This document shows positions 50,341 through 62,079 of a DNA stretch of 64,000 bases, piece by piece. Where the stretch lies: the NCBI RefSeq assembly GCF_006345805.1, contig NC_043000.1:115568001-115632000 (forward strand), read 5' to 3'. Source of the DNA: Octopus sinensis (Eukaryota). Under the pieces are notes generated by a model, which saw only the letters and a program-made list of their open reading frames with translations, did not search any database and was not told the DNA's origin. How positions within the stretch are numbered: the stretch's first letter is position 1; every line of letters starts with the position of its first letter. A program made the position numbers and the translations under genes.

Positions 50341-51001
50341 TTCATATTTATTTATTATTATTACTTTTTTTTGTTACTTATTTCAGTACCTTTACTGCAG
50401 CCATGCTGGAGAGCCACTTTGAAGGGGAGATGAGGAACGGAGGGAGGAGGGGGAGCAGAAAAAGACAAGCAGAGGAAGAGGGAAAGATGACCTCCTGGTC
50501 CCTTTCTCCCCCTCTTGCTGTCTTTTTCCTGCTTTTTCTCTTTCCATCCTGTTGTCTGTTTTGCTTCTGCTCCTCCTGCTTCTCTCCCCCCCTCTCTCTC
50601 TCTCTCATTCTCTCTCTCCAGCCGTCTCTTAACCTTCTCCTCCTTCCAACCCTCCCACTTTCTTTCGTCTTTTCTTTCCGCTTCCCTCCTGCTTTCATTT
50701 ACATTCTCCTCCTCCTCTCTCATCGCGTTTTCCTTTCTCTCCCCTTCCTCTGCTCCTTCTACCCCACCCACTGTTTTTACCCCCTCCCACCTTCTTTTAG
50801 CTTCTCTTCCCCGTTACCGCTCCCTCTCTCTCTCTCTCATTTACTTTCTCCTCCCTCTCTACGCACCCTCCTCATCCTCCCGCTTCTCTTTCACCACTCA
50901 CATTATTCCTCCCTCCACTCTCTCTTCAACAACCAATTGTCGCCTCAAGTATTTCACATTTCTTTTATGACATATCTATTTCGCAACACCAGATCCTGTA
51001 T

Positions 51002-51093
51002 CTCGCGATAGCTCAGTTGGTAGAGCGGAGGACTGTAGTATGATTAACTCGTCTGTTATCCTTAGGTCGATGGTTCGAATCCGTCTCGCGAGA
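51002..51093 (+). tRNA. trnY-GUA: tRNA-Tyr(GTA), 19-nt intron, A50 variant
   Basis: Intron tatgattaactcgtctgtt. Confidence 0.95.
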
Positions 51094-51329
51094 TTTCATC
51101 TTTTTTTTTTTCTTTCTTCATATATTTAAATTTAATTCAGCTATTTTATATTAATTATATTATTATATTTGTGGAAGGTCATCTTTTGCCATTAAACACA
51201 CCCTGGCAGAATCGTTAGAGCATCGGAGGAAAAGTCTTGCGCTATTTATTTACGACTGTTTACGTCCTTCGTTCAATTGAACCCTCAGTCAACTTTACTT
51301 TTTATCCTTCCGGGATAAAATTAACCACT

Positions 51330-52310
51330 CAGGAGTGGCTGTGTGGTAAGTAGCTTGCTTCCCAACCACATGGTTCCGGGTTCAGTCTCACTGCGTGGCA
51401 CCTTGGTCAAGTGTCTTCTATTATAGCCTCGGCCGACCAAAGACTTGTCAGTGGATTTGGTAGACGGAAACTGAAAGACGCCCGTCGTATATATATATAT
51501 ATATGTGTTTATGTGTCTGTGTTTGCCCCCCCCCCAACTATCGCTTTACAACCGATGTTGTTGTGTTTAGGTCCCCGTAACTTAGCGGTTCTGTAAAAGA
51601 GACCGATAGAATAAGTACTAGCCTTACGATGGCTGCTTCGTTGCGTGAGTTTTAGAGGCCCCTTGCAACCTTTTTGTTTCGAGGCCCCATCCCTTCAATC
51701 AAAATTCATAATCTACGCACCTTTTATTCATAGCTATATTTTACTTTATTCAATAGTTCAATATTTCGCGCTATTCTAAAGAACATCTCTAAAAATACAA
51801 TAAGTTAAATTTATTTGGGTCTGTTACAAATTTCAAAAAATAAAACTTCCAGATATGAATAAAAGAGCGCTTTTATAATCCAGGCAACTTTCAAAGACAA
51901 ACACGGTGCACTTTTCGTTTTGTAATATCATTGATCAGTTCAGAATAATCAAGCTGAGAGCCAAGTTTGTGTTCAAGAGATATCATAGACAATCCACAAA
52001 GTCTGGTACACGTTCGTGGTTCAAAGTAATATTTTTACAAGAACTTTTGCAGGTACAATGTATTACCATTTTATTTCTTGAAATTTTCAGTTAACATAGT
52101 TTAATTCTTGTTCAAAATCTTAACCAAAGTAAGCAGATGAGTCATCTACGTACTTTGATCTTAACATGGGGCCCCCTCAACCGCGGAGGGCCTCTGCGAC
52201 CGCAGGGAATGCAGGGGCTTGGCGACGACCCTAAAGTCCTGGGGTCGATTTCTTCGACTAAAGGCAGTGTTCCAGTATGGCCGCAGTCAAATGACTGAGA
52301 CAAATAGAAG
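51330..52310 (+). mobile_element. CORE-type SINE split by hAT remnant (duplicate of 46494-47450)
   Basis: Same nested structure. Confidence 0.75.
51891..52004 (-). pseudogene. hAT transposase C-terminal fragment
   Basis: Hand translation RLCGLSMISLEHKLGSQLDYSELINDITKRKVHRVCL*. Confidence 0.65.
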
Positions 52311-53247
52311 AATAGAAGAATAAAAGAATACCTATCATGAAATCTATGTGGATTAATCCCATCAATGTCCCCAGGGTCTCCAATACCTGCCTGATCAATA
52401 GGGGTTAAGTGTAATTTGAGCAATCGTTGGTGGGGGATTTTAATCGAAAAACTACTTTTTGTTGCATAATAGTACGAGGTCCTGTATGTAGAACACACAT
52501 CGCAAAAGTTTTGGGAAAATACCAAAAATTAAAGACGTTTTCACCAGTTATATGCAGTGTGCCAGAAGCGATAATAGGCCATGCGCATGCGCGTTTGTTT
52601 AAAAAAAAAATTTTCGTTAAGTTTTTGATTTTGGATTTCAAATTTTTATTTTGAAAATAAAACCAGAAACAAATATGCAGATTCGGAATGTCCGTATTGC
52701 AAAACTAGGATTTAAAAACAAAAAATTCGAAAAAGAATGGAAATTTTAGGGTGTTTTTAGTGGGTGGGGAGAGGGGAAATTTAAGTTTAAAAAAACAGTT
52801 TGTTTTGCGTAACTGAACGAATTCCCGTGAATAGAACACATTCGCAAAAATTTTGTGAAAGTTAGAAAAAATAAACAACTTACGAATGGTTACATGGCGT
52901 GCATAAACCAGGATTTTGCGCCTTTCCAGGATTTTGCGCATGTATGTCGAGATGGGTGGCGTTGTGGTTTCGCTTTCCGGACCGAGTGACGCGTTTAGTT
53001 CTTGAGCAAAACAGATAATTTCTAATTGCGCCCTGGTTAATTTAGCTGTAAATGAATAATCCCTTTTTCACGATATTGTGATCTTAGTCACTGAGACGCC
53101 ATGGAAACCAAGGAACCGGTTTAAGACCCTCATTCATCTTTCCTCCTCCTCGTTGTTTCCCTGTCAAACCCGATACCGGACAGCTATCGAGGCTTTAAAT
53201 TTCAAATATCTTATGAGTAAACAATTTTATAGTGGACGTAATCATAT

Positions 53248-53341
53248 CTCGCGATAGCTCAGTTGGTAGAGCGGAGGACTGTAGTTGAAATTGTATATAC
53301 CTGTAATCCTTAGGTCGGTGGTTCGAATCCGTCTCGCGAGA
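53248..53341 (+). tRNA. trnY-GUA: tRNA-Tyr(GTA), 21-nt intron 53285-53305
   Basis: Intact exons; paralogue of 48420. Confidence 0.95.
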
Positions 53342-53756
53342 GTTGTCATTTTTTTTCTTTCTCATCTGAAATTTCTTCCTTTTATCCTTAACACGTTTCG
53401 ATCGTTGCACTGCGGCCACACCGGAGCAGTCTTGAGGGGATCTGTTGACCCAACTCGCTTAATATATTTTTGTAAGTGTAGTTCAATTCCATCGGTCTTT
53501 ATGCCGAAACGCCAAGTCACGGGGAGGTAAACAAACCGACTCTCGTTGCCAAGCGGTGGTGGGACGGCATGGGCTTCAATACAATTTTCGTCTACCAGAC
53601 TAATTGGGAAGGCATTGGTCGCCCCGGGGCTACACAAGATGATACTTAATGATTCACGAAGTGGGATTGAATCTGAAATCAGGTGGTTGCAAAACGAAGT
53701 TCTTGACTACGTAACGATGCCTATACACAAAAACATAAATTAAAAAAAAAAGAATT

Positions 53757-53830
53757 TGGCCAGTATGGGGCTCGAACCCACGACATTCGCGTTATTAGCA
53801 CGACGCTCTAACCAACTGAGCTAACCGGCC
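53757..53830 (-). tRNA. trnI-AAU: tRNA-Ile(AAT)
   Basis: Consensus; intact paralogue of pseudogene 48930. Confidence 0.95.
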
Positions 53831-54510
53831 TTCGTCGCCAGCAGGCGCGCATTTTAACATTGACGTCATTATTGTGGTGAATGGCTGAACAGCTGGAGCG
53901 TTGGGTAGTATTTAGTTATTTACGTTGGGTAGTATTAGTATTTGCTCCGTGAGTTTGAATTCTACGAGTCGCAATTTTGCGGGATTGAGCCAGTCGATTA
54001 GATGGACCCCAATACCAAATTGAAACTTAATTTATCGACCCCGAAAGGATGAAAGGCAAAGTCGATCTCGGCGGAATTTGAACTCAGAACGTAAAGACAA
54101 ACGAAATACCTATTTCTTTACTACCTACAAGGGGCTAAATACAGAGGGGTCAGACAAGGACAGACAAACGGATTAAGTCGATTATATCGACCCCAGTGTG
54201 TAACTGGTACTTAATTTATCGACCCCGAAAAGATGAAAGGCAAAGTCTACCTCGGCGGAATTTGAACTCAGAACGTAGCGGCAGACGAAATACCGCTAAG
54301 CATTTCGCCCGGCGTGCTCACGATTCTGCCAGCTCGCCGTCTTAACACAACTTCCGTCTACCATATTGATCGACAAGGTATTTGTTCGATCGCTTATTCA
54401 TGGTACGAACTTTGGGATTGAACGTGAAAGCAGTGGGTTGCAAAGCGACGTTCTTAACCATACAAGTACTCCTGCACAAACATAAAAGATTGCAAACATA
54501 AAAAGATATG

Positions 54511-54584
54511 TGGCCAGTATGGGGCTCGAACCCACGACATTCGCGTTATTAGCACGACGCTCTAACCAACTGAGCTAACCGGCC
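54511..54584 (-). tRNA. trnI-AAU: tRNA-Ile(AAT)
   Basis: Consensus sequence. Confidence 0.95.
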
Positions 54585-55074
54585 TTCGTCGGCAGTAGCC
54601 ATGCATTTTAACGGTGACGTCCTTATTGTGGGATGGTATTTAGTTATTGTACCTGAGTCGGCTTCAACTTTAATCATTCTTGAGTGTTATAGTAAGTCGA
54701 CAAACAGGATCAATATAATCGATTTCGACGTAACAGTTACGTGAAGGCACGTGGTGTTGTGGTAAGGGGTGTTGCGCTCCTGATCATAAGAATGTGATTT
54801 CGATTCCCGGACTGGGTTATGCGTTGTGTTTCTGAGGAAAACACTTCATTTTACGCTGCTCCAAGTCCACTTAACTGGAAAATGCGTTTTCCTTTTCTCT
54901 CAAGGAATATTAGGAAACCAGACAACCGGCCCTATGTACCCCAAGAGCCCTAATTTCTCTTTCGTGTGCTCTCTTCTTCACCGTTTCCTTGTCGCACACA
55001 AAACTGAACAGCTGTCGTAGCGTTAATTTCACATTTCTTATGATCAAACTAACAGAGACCCTGTTCTCTCGTTT

Positions 55075-55166
55075 CTCGCGATAGCTCAGTTGGTAGAGCG
55101 GAGGACTGTAGTATGATTAACTCGTCTGTTATCCTTAGGTCGATGGTTCGAATCCGTCTCGCGAGA
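55075..55166 (+). tRNA. trnY-GUA: tRNA-Tyr(GTA), 19-nt intron, hybrid gene
   Basis: 5' flank of 50245 copy; intron, A50 and 3' flank of 51002 copy. Confidence 0.95.
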
Positions 55167-55394
55167 TTCCGTCTTTTTTTTTTTTTTCTTTTTTCATATA
55201 TTTAAATTTAATTCAGCTATTTTATATTAATTATATTATTATATTTGTGGAAGGTCATCTTTTGCTATTAAACACACCCTGGCAGAATCGTTAGAGCATC
55301 GGAGGAAAAGTCTTGCGCTATTTATTTACGACTGTTTACGTTCTTCGTTCAATTGAACCCTCAGTCAACTTTACTTAAATTAAATGAAATAAAG

Positions 55395-55800
55395 TAGCTT
55401 GCTTACCAACCACATGGTTCCGGGTTCAGTCCCACTGCATGAGACCTTGGGCAAGTGTCTTCTACTATAGCCTCGGGCCGACCAAGCCTTGTGAGTGGAT
55501 TTGGTAGATGGAAACTGAAAGAAGCCCGTCGTGTATTTGTATGTATGTATGTATGTATGTATGTATGTATGTATGTGTGTGTGTGTTTGTGTGTCTGCGT
55601 TTGCCCCCCCCCCCACCAACATCGTCTGACAACCGATGCTGGTGTGTTTATGTCCCCGTAACTTATAGGTTCGGCAAAAGAGACCGATAGAATAAGTACT
55701 AGGCTTACAAAGAATAAGTCCTGGGGTCGATCTGTGCGACTAAAGGCGGTGCTCCAGCATGGCCACAGTCAAATGACTGAAACAAGTAAAAGAGTAAAAA
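55395..55800 (+). mobile_element. CORE-type SINE (young; another copy ~58125-58565)
   Basis: gaccttgggcaagtgtc CORE-like motif, internal microsatellite, tail ...gactgaaacaagtaaaag. Confidence 0.8.
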
Positions 55801-56231
55801 TACTGATATTTAGATACACAATTAACCTGACTCCACCAAGATTTCTGGACATGTCACTGTACAAGGCACGATCATTTGTTATCTAGGTATCAGCGGATCG
55901 AATCCACCGTTCGTGGTTTTGCTTCCTGTTTGAAATTTTCATTCCAGTATGTTGTTGATGCTGTTATTGATAATGGCAAAGAAAAGGCGTTCCAACCACG
56001 ACCTGTTCGCTTCTCGCCTCTTTAGCCTAGGACTAAATGATTCTAACGTGTCTCTTCTCTGTTGAAGACTGTGGTGATGTGAGGCAGATTTAATGCCCTT
56101 TTCTGTTGGTCGACGGACCACTTGGGGGTCTTACTTAAAATAACTTAGATTGGAATGTTTTTTTTTAGTGATTCCACGCCTCAAAAGTATTGATAAATAT
56201 GTACATAGAGTGCATTTGCTAGACTGCCGAA

Positions 56232-56262
<31 letters not shown>

Positions 56263-56518
56263 CGACGATGACCACCATCACCACCACCGTTATCTCTCTC
56301 CCTCTCTCTCCCTTCCTCCAATCCTCCCTCCTCCTACCTTCACTTCTTCTCTCCCTCCTCCTCTTCTTCACCATCCCTCCCTCCCATTCCTCTTCCTCCC
56401 CTTCCCTCTTCATCACCTTCGTCTTCCCTCCATGTCCTCCTCTCTTTCCCGCTCTAACGAATAGGCGTAGCTTAACTTCATATTTCTTATGACAACATTA
56501 TTTCGCAATGGTTAATAC

Positions 56519-56610
56519 CTCGCGATAGCTCAGTTGGTAGAGCGGAGGACTGTAGTATGATTAACTCGTCTGTTATCCTTAGGTCGGTGGTTCGAATCCG
56601 TCTCGCGAGA
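56519..56610 (+). tRNA. trnY-GUA: tRNA-Tyr(GTA), 19-nt intron
   Basis: Intact; intron identical to 51002 and 55075. Confidence 0.95.
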
Positions 56611-56914
56611 TTCCCTCTTTTTTTTTTTTTAGTGTAAATATTTAAATCAAATTGAGAAATATTATGGGGGTCGGCGGAAATGTCCTGCGGCATTTAGTTT
56701 CAACATTTTTTCTGACTTCCGGTGACCCCCGAAGTCAATATACGAGCGTCTGCTCTACTGTTGCATTCGGGAGGGTCATACTGCCGGTGGTACCACACGT
56801 ACAGGCTATGTTTCACTTTAGTTTTTTTTTAACGAAAGCCAATCCATTAAGTTCACCTATCGTGCCTTCGTCCTAATTAAATGAAATTTCGAAATATTAT
56901 ATTTCTGTTGATTT

Positions 56915-57320
56915 ATGGTGTTGGTGGTGGTGCTGGTGGAGGTGGTGGTGGTGGTGGAAGTGGTGGTTGTGATGGTGGTGCTGGTGATATCGGTGACAAT
57001 GATGATGATGATGGTGGTGATGGTGGTCATCGTCATCATCATCATCACCATCACCATCACCATCATCATCATCATCATCACCATCACCACCATCACCACC
57101 ACCACCATCACCATCAACATCACCATCACCATCACCATCACCCCCCCACCACCACAATCAACATCACCACCACCAGTCCACCACCACCACCACCACCAGT
57201 CCACCACCACCACCACCACCAGTCCACCACCATTAGTCCACCACCACCACCCACCACCACCACCACCACCACCACCACACCACCACTACCACCACTACCA
57301 TCATGACCATCATCATCATT
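56915..57320. repeat. compound trinucleotide repeat (GGT/GAT)n then (CAT/CAC)n
   Basis: Direct reading. Confidence 0.9.
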
Positions 57321-57801
57321 TCGGCAGTCTAGCATATGATGAATTACTAACCAAATGCTGATGTTAAGGTAAACGATTAATCTGTCTTCATCGAAATTTC
57401 TGATTCTGCGCCAAATATTCCTATAATTTATTTCAGTCATTTGACTGCGGCCATGCTGGAACACTGCCTGGAAAAAATCGCTCCATTACTTATTATTTGT
57501 CAAGTCTGGTAATTAATTATTCTATCGAGCCCATTTGCTGAACACCCAAGGGGACGCAAACAAACCAACACCGGTTGTCAAGCGTTTGGAAGCGGGCTGG
57601 ACACACACACACAAACAAACACATATACACGTGCAACGAGCTTCCACTCAGTTTCCGGCTACCAAATTCACTCACAAAGCATTTAGTCGACCCGGGGCTT
57701 TAGCAGTAGAACGTTGGTTGCAGTGCGACCTTCTTAACCACACAAACATACCAAGTGATCATTTTATCATCTAGATTTCCACATAGGTCGTTCCCCTGTG
57801 T

Positions 57802-57897
57802 CTCGCGATAGCTCAGTTGGTAGAGCGGAGGACTGTAGTAAAAAAAATGTACATAACTGTAATCCTTAGGTCGGTGGTTCGAATCCGTCTCGCGAGA
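57802..57897 (+). tRNA. trnY-GUA: tRNA-Tyr(GTA), 23-nt intron 57839-57861
   Basis: Intact exons. Confidence 0.93.
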
Positions 57898-58285
57898 TTC
57901 CTTTTTATTTATTATTACTTTTTTTTTCTGTTATTTGTTTCAGTCATTTTACTGCGGCCATGCAGGGGAGCTACCTTAAAGAGAGAGATGAGGAGCGGAG
58001 GGAACAAAAATGACTAAGCCTGTTATTTATTCTACCGGTCTTTTTATTGCCGAACCGCTAAGTTACAGGACGCAAACAAACCAATGCTAGGTGGGAAACA
58101 CAAGCACACACACATAGACGCAAGCATAGCGGTGTGGTAAGAAGCTTGTTTCTCAATCACAGGGTTCCGGGTTCAGACCCACTGTGTGGCACCTTGGACT
58201 TGTGTCTTCTACTATAGTCTCGGGCCGACCAAAGCCTTGAGTGGATTTGGTTGACGGAAACTGAAAAATCCCGTCGTATGTATTG

Positions 58286-58352
<67 letters not shown>

Positions 58353-58586
58353 GCTTGTGTGTGTGTATTGTATGACACTGTCCCCCCAACATCACTTGAC
58401 AACCGATGCTGGTGTATTTACGTCCCCGTAACTTAGCGGTTTGGCAAAACAGACCGATAGAATAATTACTAGGCTTACAAAGAATACGCCCTGGCGTTGA
58501 TCTGTTCGACTAAAAGCGGTGCTCCAGCATGGCCGCAGTCAAATGACTGAAACAAGTGAAAGAAATAAAAGTAATAAATACATATA

Positions 58587-59110
58587 CAGTAATCCCTCGC
58601 CATATCGCGGTTTATCTATCGCGCCCTCAGTACATTGCAGTTCACCTATCGCACCCTCAGTACCTCGTGGTTCATCTATCGCGCTCTCAGTACATTGCGG
58701 TTCACATATCGCGCCCTCTACATTGCGGTTCACCTATCGTGCCTTCAGTACATCGTGGTTCATCTATCACACCCTCACTACATCGCGTTTAACCTATCGC
58801 GCCCTCAGTACATCGCGGTTCATCTATCGCGCCATCAGTACATCGTGGTTCATTTATCACACCCTCAGTACATTGCGGTTTACATATCGCGCCCTCTACA
58901 TCGCGGTTCACCTATCGCACCCTCAGTACATCGCGGTTCACCTATCGCACCCTCAGTACATCGCAGTTCACCTATCGCACCCTCAGTACATTGCGATTCA
59001 CCTATCGCGCACTCAGTATATCGCGGATTTTTCTGGCTTAATATATGTAAATTTATATCGCTGACTCCTCAGTATATCGCGGGTTTCTGCGGCCGATATG
59101 CATTTATAGT
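58587..59110 (+). mobile_element. pogo/Tc1-like element end expanded into a 27-30-bp minisatellite
   Basis: TA|CAGTAATCCCTCGCCATATCGCGG then about 14 units of catcgcggttcacctatcgcaccctcagta; short relative at ~61935-62045. Confidence 0.6.
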
Positions 59111-59537
59111 TTTTTAGATTTTAACTATTTCTGTGGGAGGTTTTGGAACGTAACATCCATGCAGTCTCCCCACTACAAGAGAACGCATTTTCCCAAGGTG
59201 CCGTGCAGTGGTTCCGAACCCGAAAGCACGAGTTTGCCCAGCTAGCTCCTTAAGCTACTGTCATGTCTGCGTCCTAATTAAATGAAATTTCGAAATATTA
59301 TATTTCTGTTGATTTATGAGCGAGGTGGACAGGCATAATCGTTAAAATATTGGAGTAAATGAAAGGCAAAGTTAACTTGCGGCCGTTTGAACTAAGAACG
59401 TAAAGATTTGTAACTAAATAACGTGGGACATTTCTTTCGATGCTCTAACGATTCTGTCAGATCACTCTCATCATATATTAAATCAATGTAATTGTTCTAA
59501 ATTTAATTTAAATACTTGCAAAAAAAAAAAAAAGAAA

Positions 59538-59630
59538 TCTCGCGAGACGGATTCGAACCATCGACCTAAGGATGTCAGTTCTGGATTATTATACTACAGT
59601 CCTCCGCTCTACCAACTGAGCTATCGCGAG
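59538..59630 (-). tRNA. trnY-GUA: tRNA-Tyr(GTA), 20-nt intron, A50 variant
   Basis: Intact cloverleaf on -; intron tataataatccagaactgac. Confidence 0.95.
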
Positions 59631-59924
59631 ACAACGCGATTTGGAATGTAAAATAATTGTGACATAAGAAATGTGAAATTAAAGTTACAACTGTGAGCGA
59701 ATGAGAGAAGGAGATAGAGAGAGAGGGAGAGAGTGGTAGAGGGAGATATGACGGAGAAGGAAAAGAAAGTGGGGGAGGCAAAAAAAGCGGAAGGGGGAGA
59801 GAGGGATGAGAAGGATAAATGAAAGCAGAGAGAGAGAGAGAGAGAAGTATGTGTTAGACTTTGAGACATACTCCTCCTTCTCCCCTGCCTTTTACGTGTG
59901 TGTGTCTGTTGTATGTGTTCATAT

Positions 59925-60234
59925 GCTTTTCTACTCTAGGCACAAGGCCTGAAATTTTGGGGAAGGGGGCCAGTTGATTAGATCGATCCCCAGCATGCAT
60001 CCGAAACGACGAAAGGCAAAGTCAGCCTCGGCGGAATTTGAACTCAGAACGTAACGGCAGACGAAATACCTATTTCTTTACTACACACAAGGGGCTAAAC
60101 ACAGAGGGACCAACAAGAACAGACGAAGGGATTAAGTCGATTATATCGACCCCAGTGCGTAACTGGTACTTAATTTATCGACCTCGAAAGGATGAAAGGG
60201 AAAGGCGACCTCGGCGGAATTTGAACTCAGAACG
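59925..60234 (-). mobile_element. dimeric SINE family M, interrupted by mariner
   Basis: Core motifs; mariner starts at its TA. Confidence 0.7.
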
Positions 60235-60236
60235 TA

Positions 60237-61522
60237 CGAGGGACGTTCAATAAGTAATGCCTCTGACCCACTTGCAGTTGTTTGATCTAGCTGAAATTTT
60301 GCATGTGCAATCATATCTCTATAGAGTAAGTGGCAAATTACAGCTCTGAATTAATTGTGGTTTCTGATTTACAGGTGTTTGAACCGAGTCAAGTGTGAAA
60401 TGGAGCCTGTTGAGTGTCGAGCAGTGATCCAGTTTTTGTATTTGAAAGGACGCACACCACGGGAGACTTTTGATGAAATGAAAGTAACTTATGGTGATGA
60501 TGCCCCATCATATGACCTTGTAAAACGCTGGCATCGTGAATTCAAACATGGTCGGAACTCTGTGGAAACAGCTCCCAGATCTGGTCGCCCCCTTCTGCCA
60601 TTGCTGAGGCATCTGTCCGTCAAGTTGAGGCTGCCATTTTGGAAGATCGACGCATAATTATACGCCAAATAGCCCATGAGGTCAAGATTAGTACCGGGTC
60701 TGTGGAAACTATCATTCATGACCATTTGCATATGCAAAAGGTGTCTGCCAGATGGATTCCCAGGTTGCTCACGCCTTTCCAGAGGCAAGAACGCGTCGAG
60801 TACTCGAGGGTGAATTTGGAGATGTGCCAAGAAGATGAGTCAAAATTTTTCAAAAGACTGATTACACAGGATGAAACCTGGGTCCATCACGATGATCCAG
60901 AGACCAAAGCCCAGTCAATGCAGTGGAAGCACCGTGACTCACCCCCTCCAAAGAAGGCAAGGGTGCAGCCCTCCGCTGGCAAGGTCATGCTCACAGTCTT
61001 CTGGGACCAGGACGGAGTAGTGATGACAGATTTCCTGGCAAAGGGTACCACAATTGCAGGAGCCTATTATGCTTCACTTTTGAGGAAATTAAGAGAAGTT
61101 ATCAAAATCAAGAGGCGGTGAAGATCAGCAAAGGCATCCTCCTCCTGCAGGACAACGCTCCGGTCCACAACTCGCTTGTCGCCAGATCAGAAGCACAGGC
61201 GTATGGCTATGAACTCCTCCCCACCCCCCCTACTTTCCTGACCTTGCATCCTCTCATTTTCACCTCTTCCCAATCATGAAGTTGTTTTTGAAAGGAAAGC
61301 GTTTCCCAGATGATGCAGCCTTGATTTCTGAAGTCATGTTGAGGTTGGAGGACCAAGCTGGGTTCTTCTACAAAAACGGTCTTCAGAGCCGCATCAAACG
61401 ATGGGAGAAATGCGTAACTCTGGGTGGTTCCTATGTAGAAAAAGACTAATAACTGTGCCAAGTTTCGTTGCTCTACTGCTATGGGAAGTGTGTCAGGGGC
61501 ATTACTTATTGAACGCCCCTCG
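60237..61522 (+). mobile_element. full-length mariner (DD34D) transposon, 1286 bp
   Basis: 31-bp TIRs CGAGGGACGTTCAATAAGTAATGCCTCTGAC / GTCAGGGGCATTACTTATTGAACGCCCCTCG (2 mismatches), TA on both sides. Confidence 0.95.
60400..61449 (+). pseudogene. mariner transposase pseudogene
   Basis: MEPVECRAVIQFLYLKG..., WIPRLL, ITQDETW, LLQDNAP, PDLA motifs; frameshifts near 60590 and 61225 and a stop at ~61120. Confidence 0.92.
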
Positions 61523-61698
61523 TAGACCCTGAATGGTAAAGATGACCAAGGCGAGATTTGAACTCAGAACTGTAACTAAATTGTGTTAGACATTTCGTTA
61601 GAAATTCCAACGATTCCGCAGTCCGCCATTCACTTTGATGAGAAATAATGTTATATTTGTAAAGTTAATTCAAATATTACAAAAAGAAAAAAAAAAAC

Positions 61699-61793
61699 TC
61701 TCGCGAGACGGATTCGAACCACCGACCTAAGGATTACAGTTAAACTAAATTACACACTACAGTCCTCCGCTCTACCAACTGAGCTATCGCGAG
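61699..61793 (-). tRNA. trnY-GUA: tRNA-Tyr(GTA), 22-nt intron
   Basis: Intact cloverleaf on -; upstream TTCTTATGAC ends at -31. Confidence 0.95.
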
Positions 61794-62079
61794 GTACAAG
61801 TGCAGAAGCTTTAAAATAGTTTAGTCATAAGAAGTGCAAAGTTAAAGCTACTGCTGCTGTTTAATATTGTGAAGAAATATAGAGAAGAAAACAACAGCGA
61901 GAGTAAAAAAGAAAAAGAAAGTGGGGAGAGCGATATAGTGATCCCTCGCCACATCGCGGTTCAACTCTCGCGCACTCAGTACATCGCGGTTCACCTGTTG
62001 CACATTTAGTACATCGCGGATTTTCCTGGCTAATATATATAAATTTGGGGCTAATGCAGTTTCGCACAGCGAGAGTATA

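Noticed and set aside
50361-51011. ORFs up to 202 aa rich in S/L/F/P or E/R/K
   Set aside because: Stop-poor polypyrimidine tract; the same applies to ORFs at 6311-6838, 12310-12646, 39620-40243 and 44594-44992.
56881-57361. Poly-His / poly-Gly ORFs (141 and 148 aa)
   Set aside because: Translations of trinucleotide repeats, open in several frames on both strands, with no domain or splice evidence.
58519-59117. 181- and 160-aa repetitive ORFs
   Set aside because: Produced by the 27-30-bp minisatellite.
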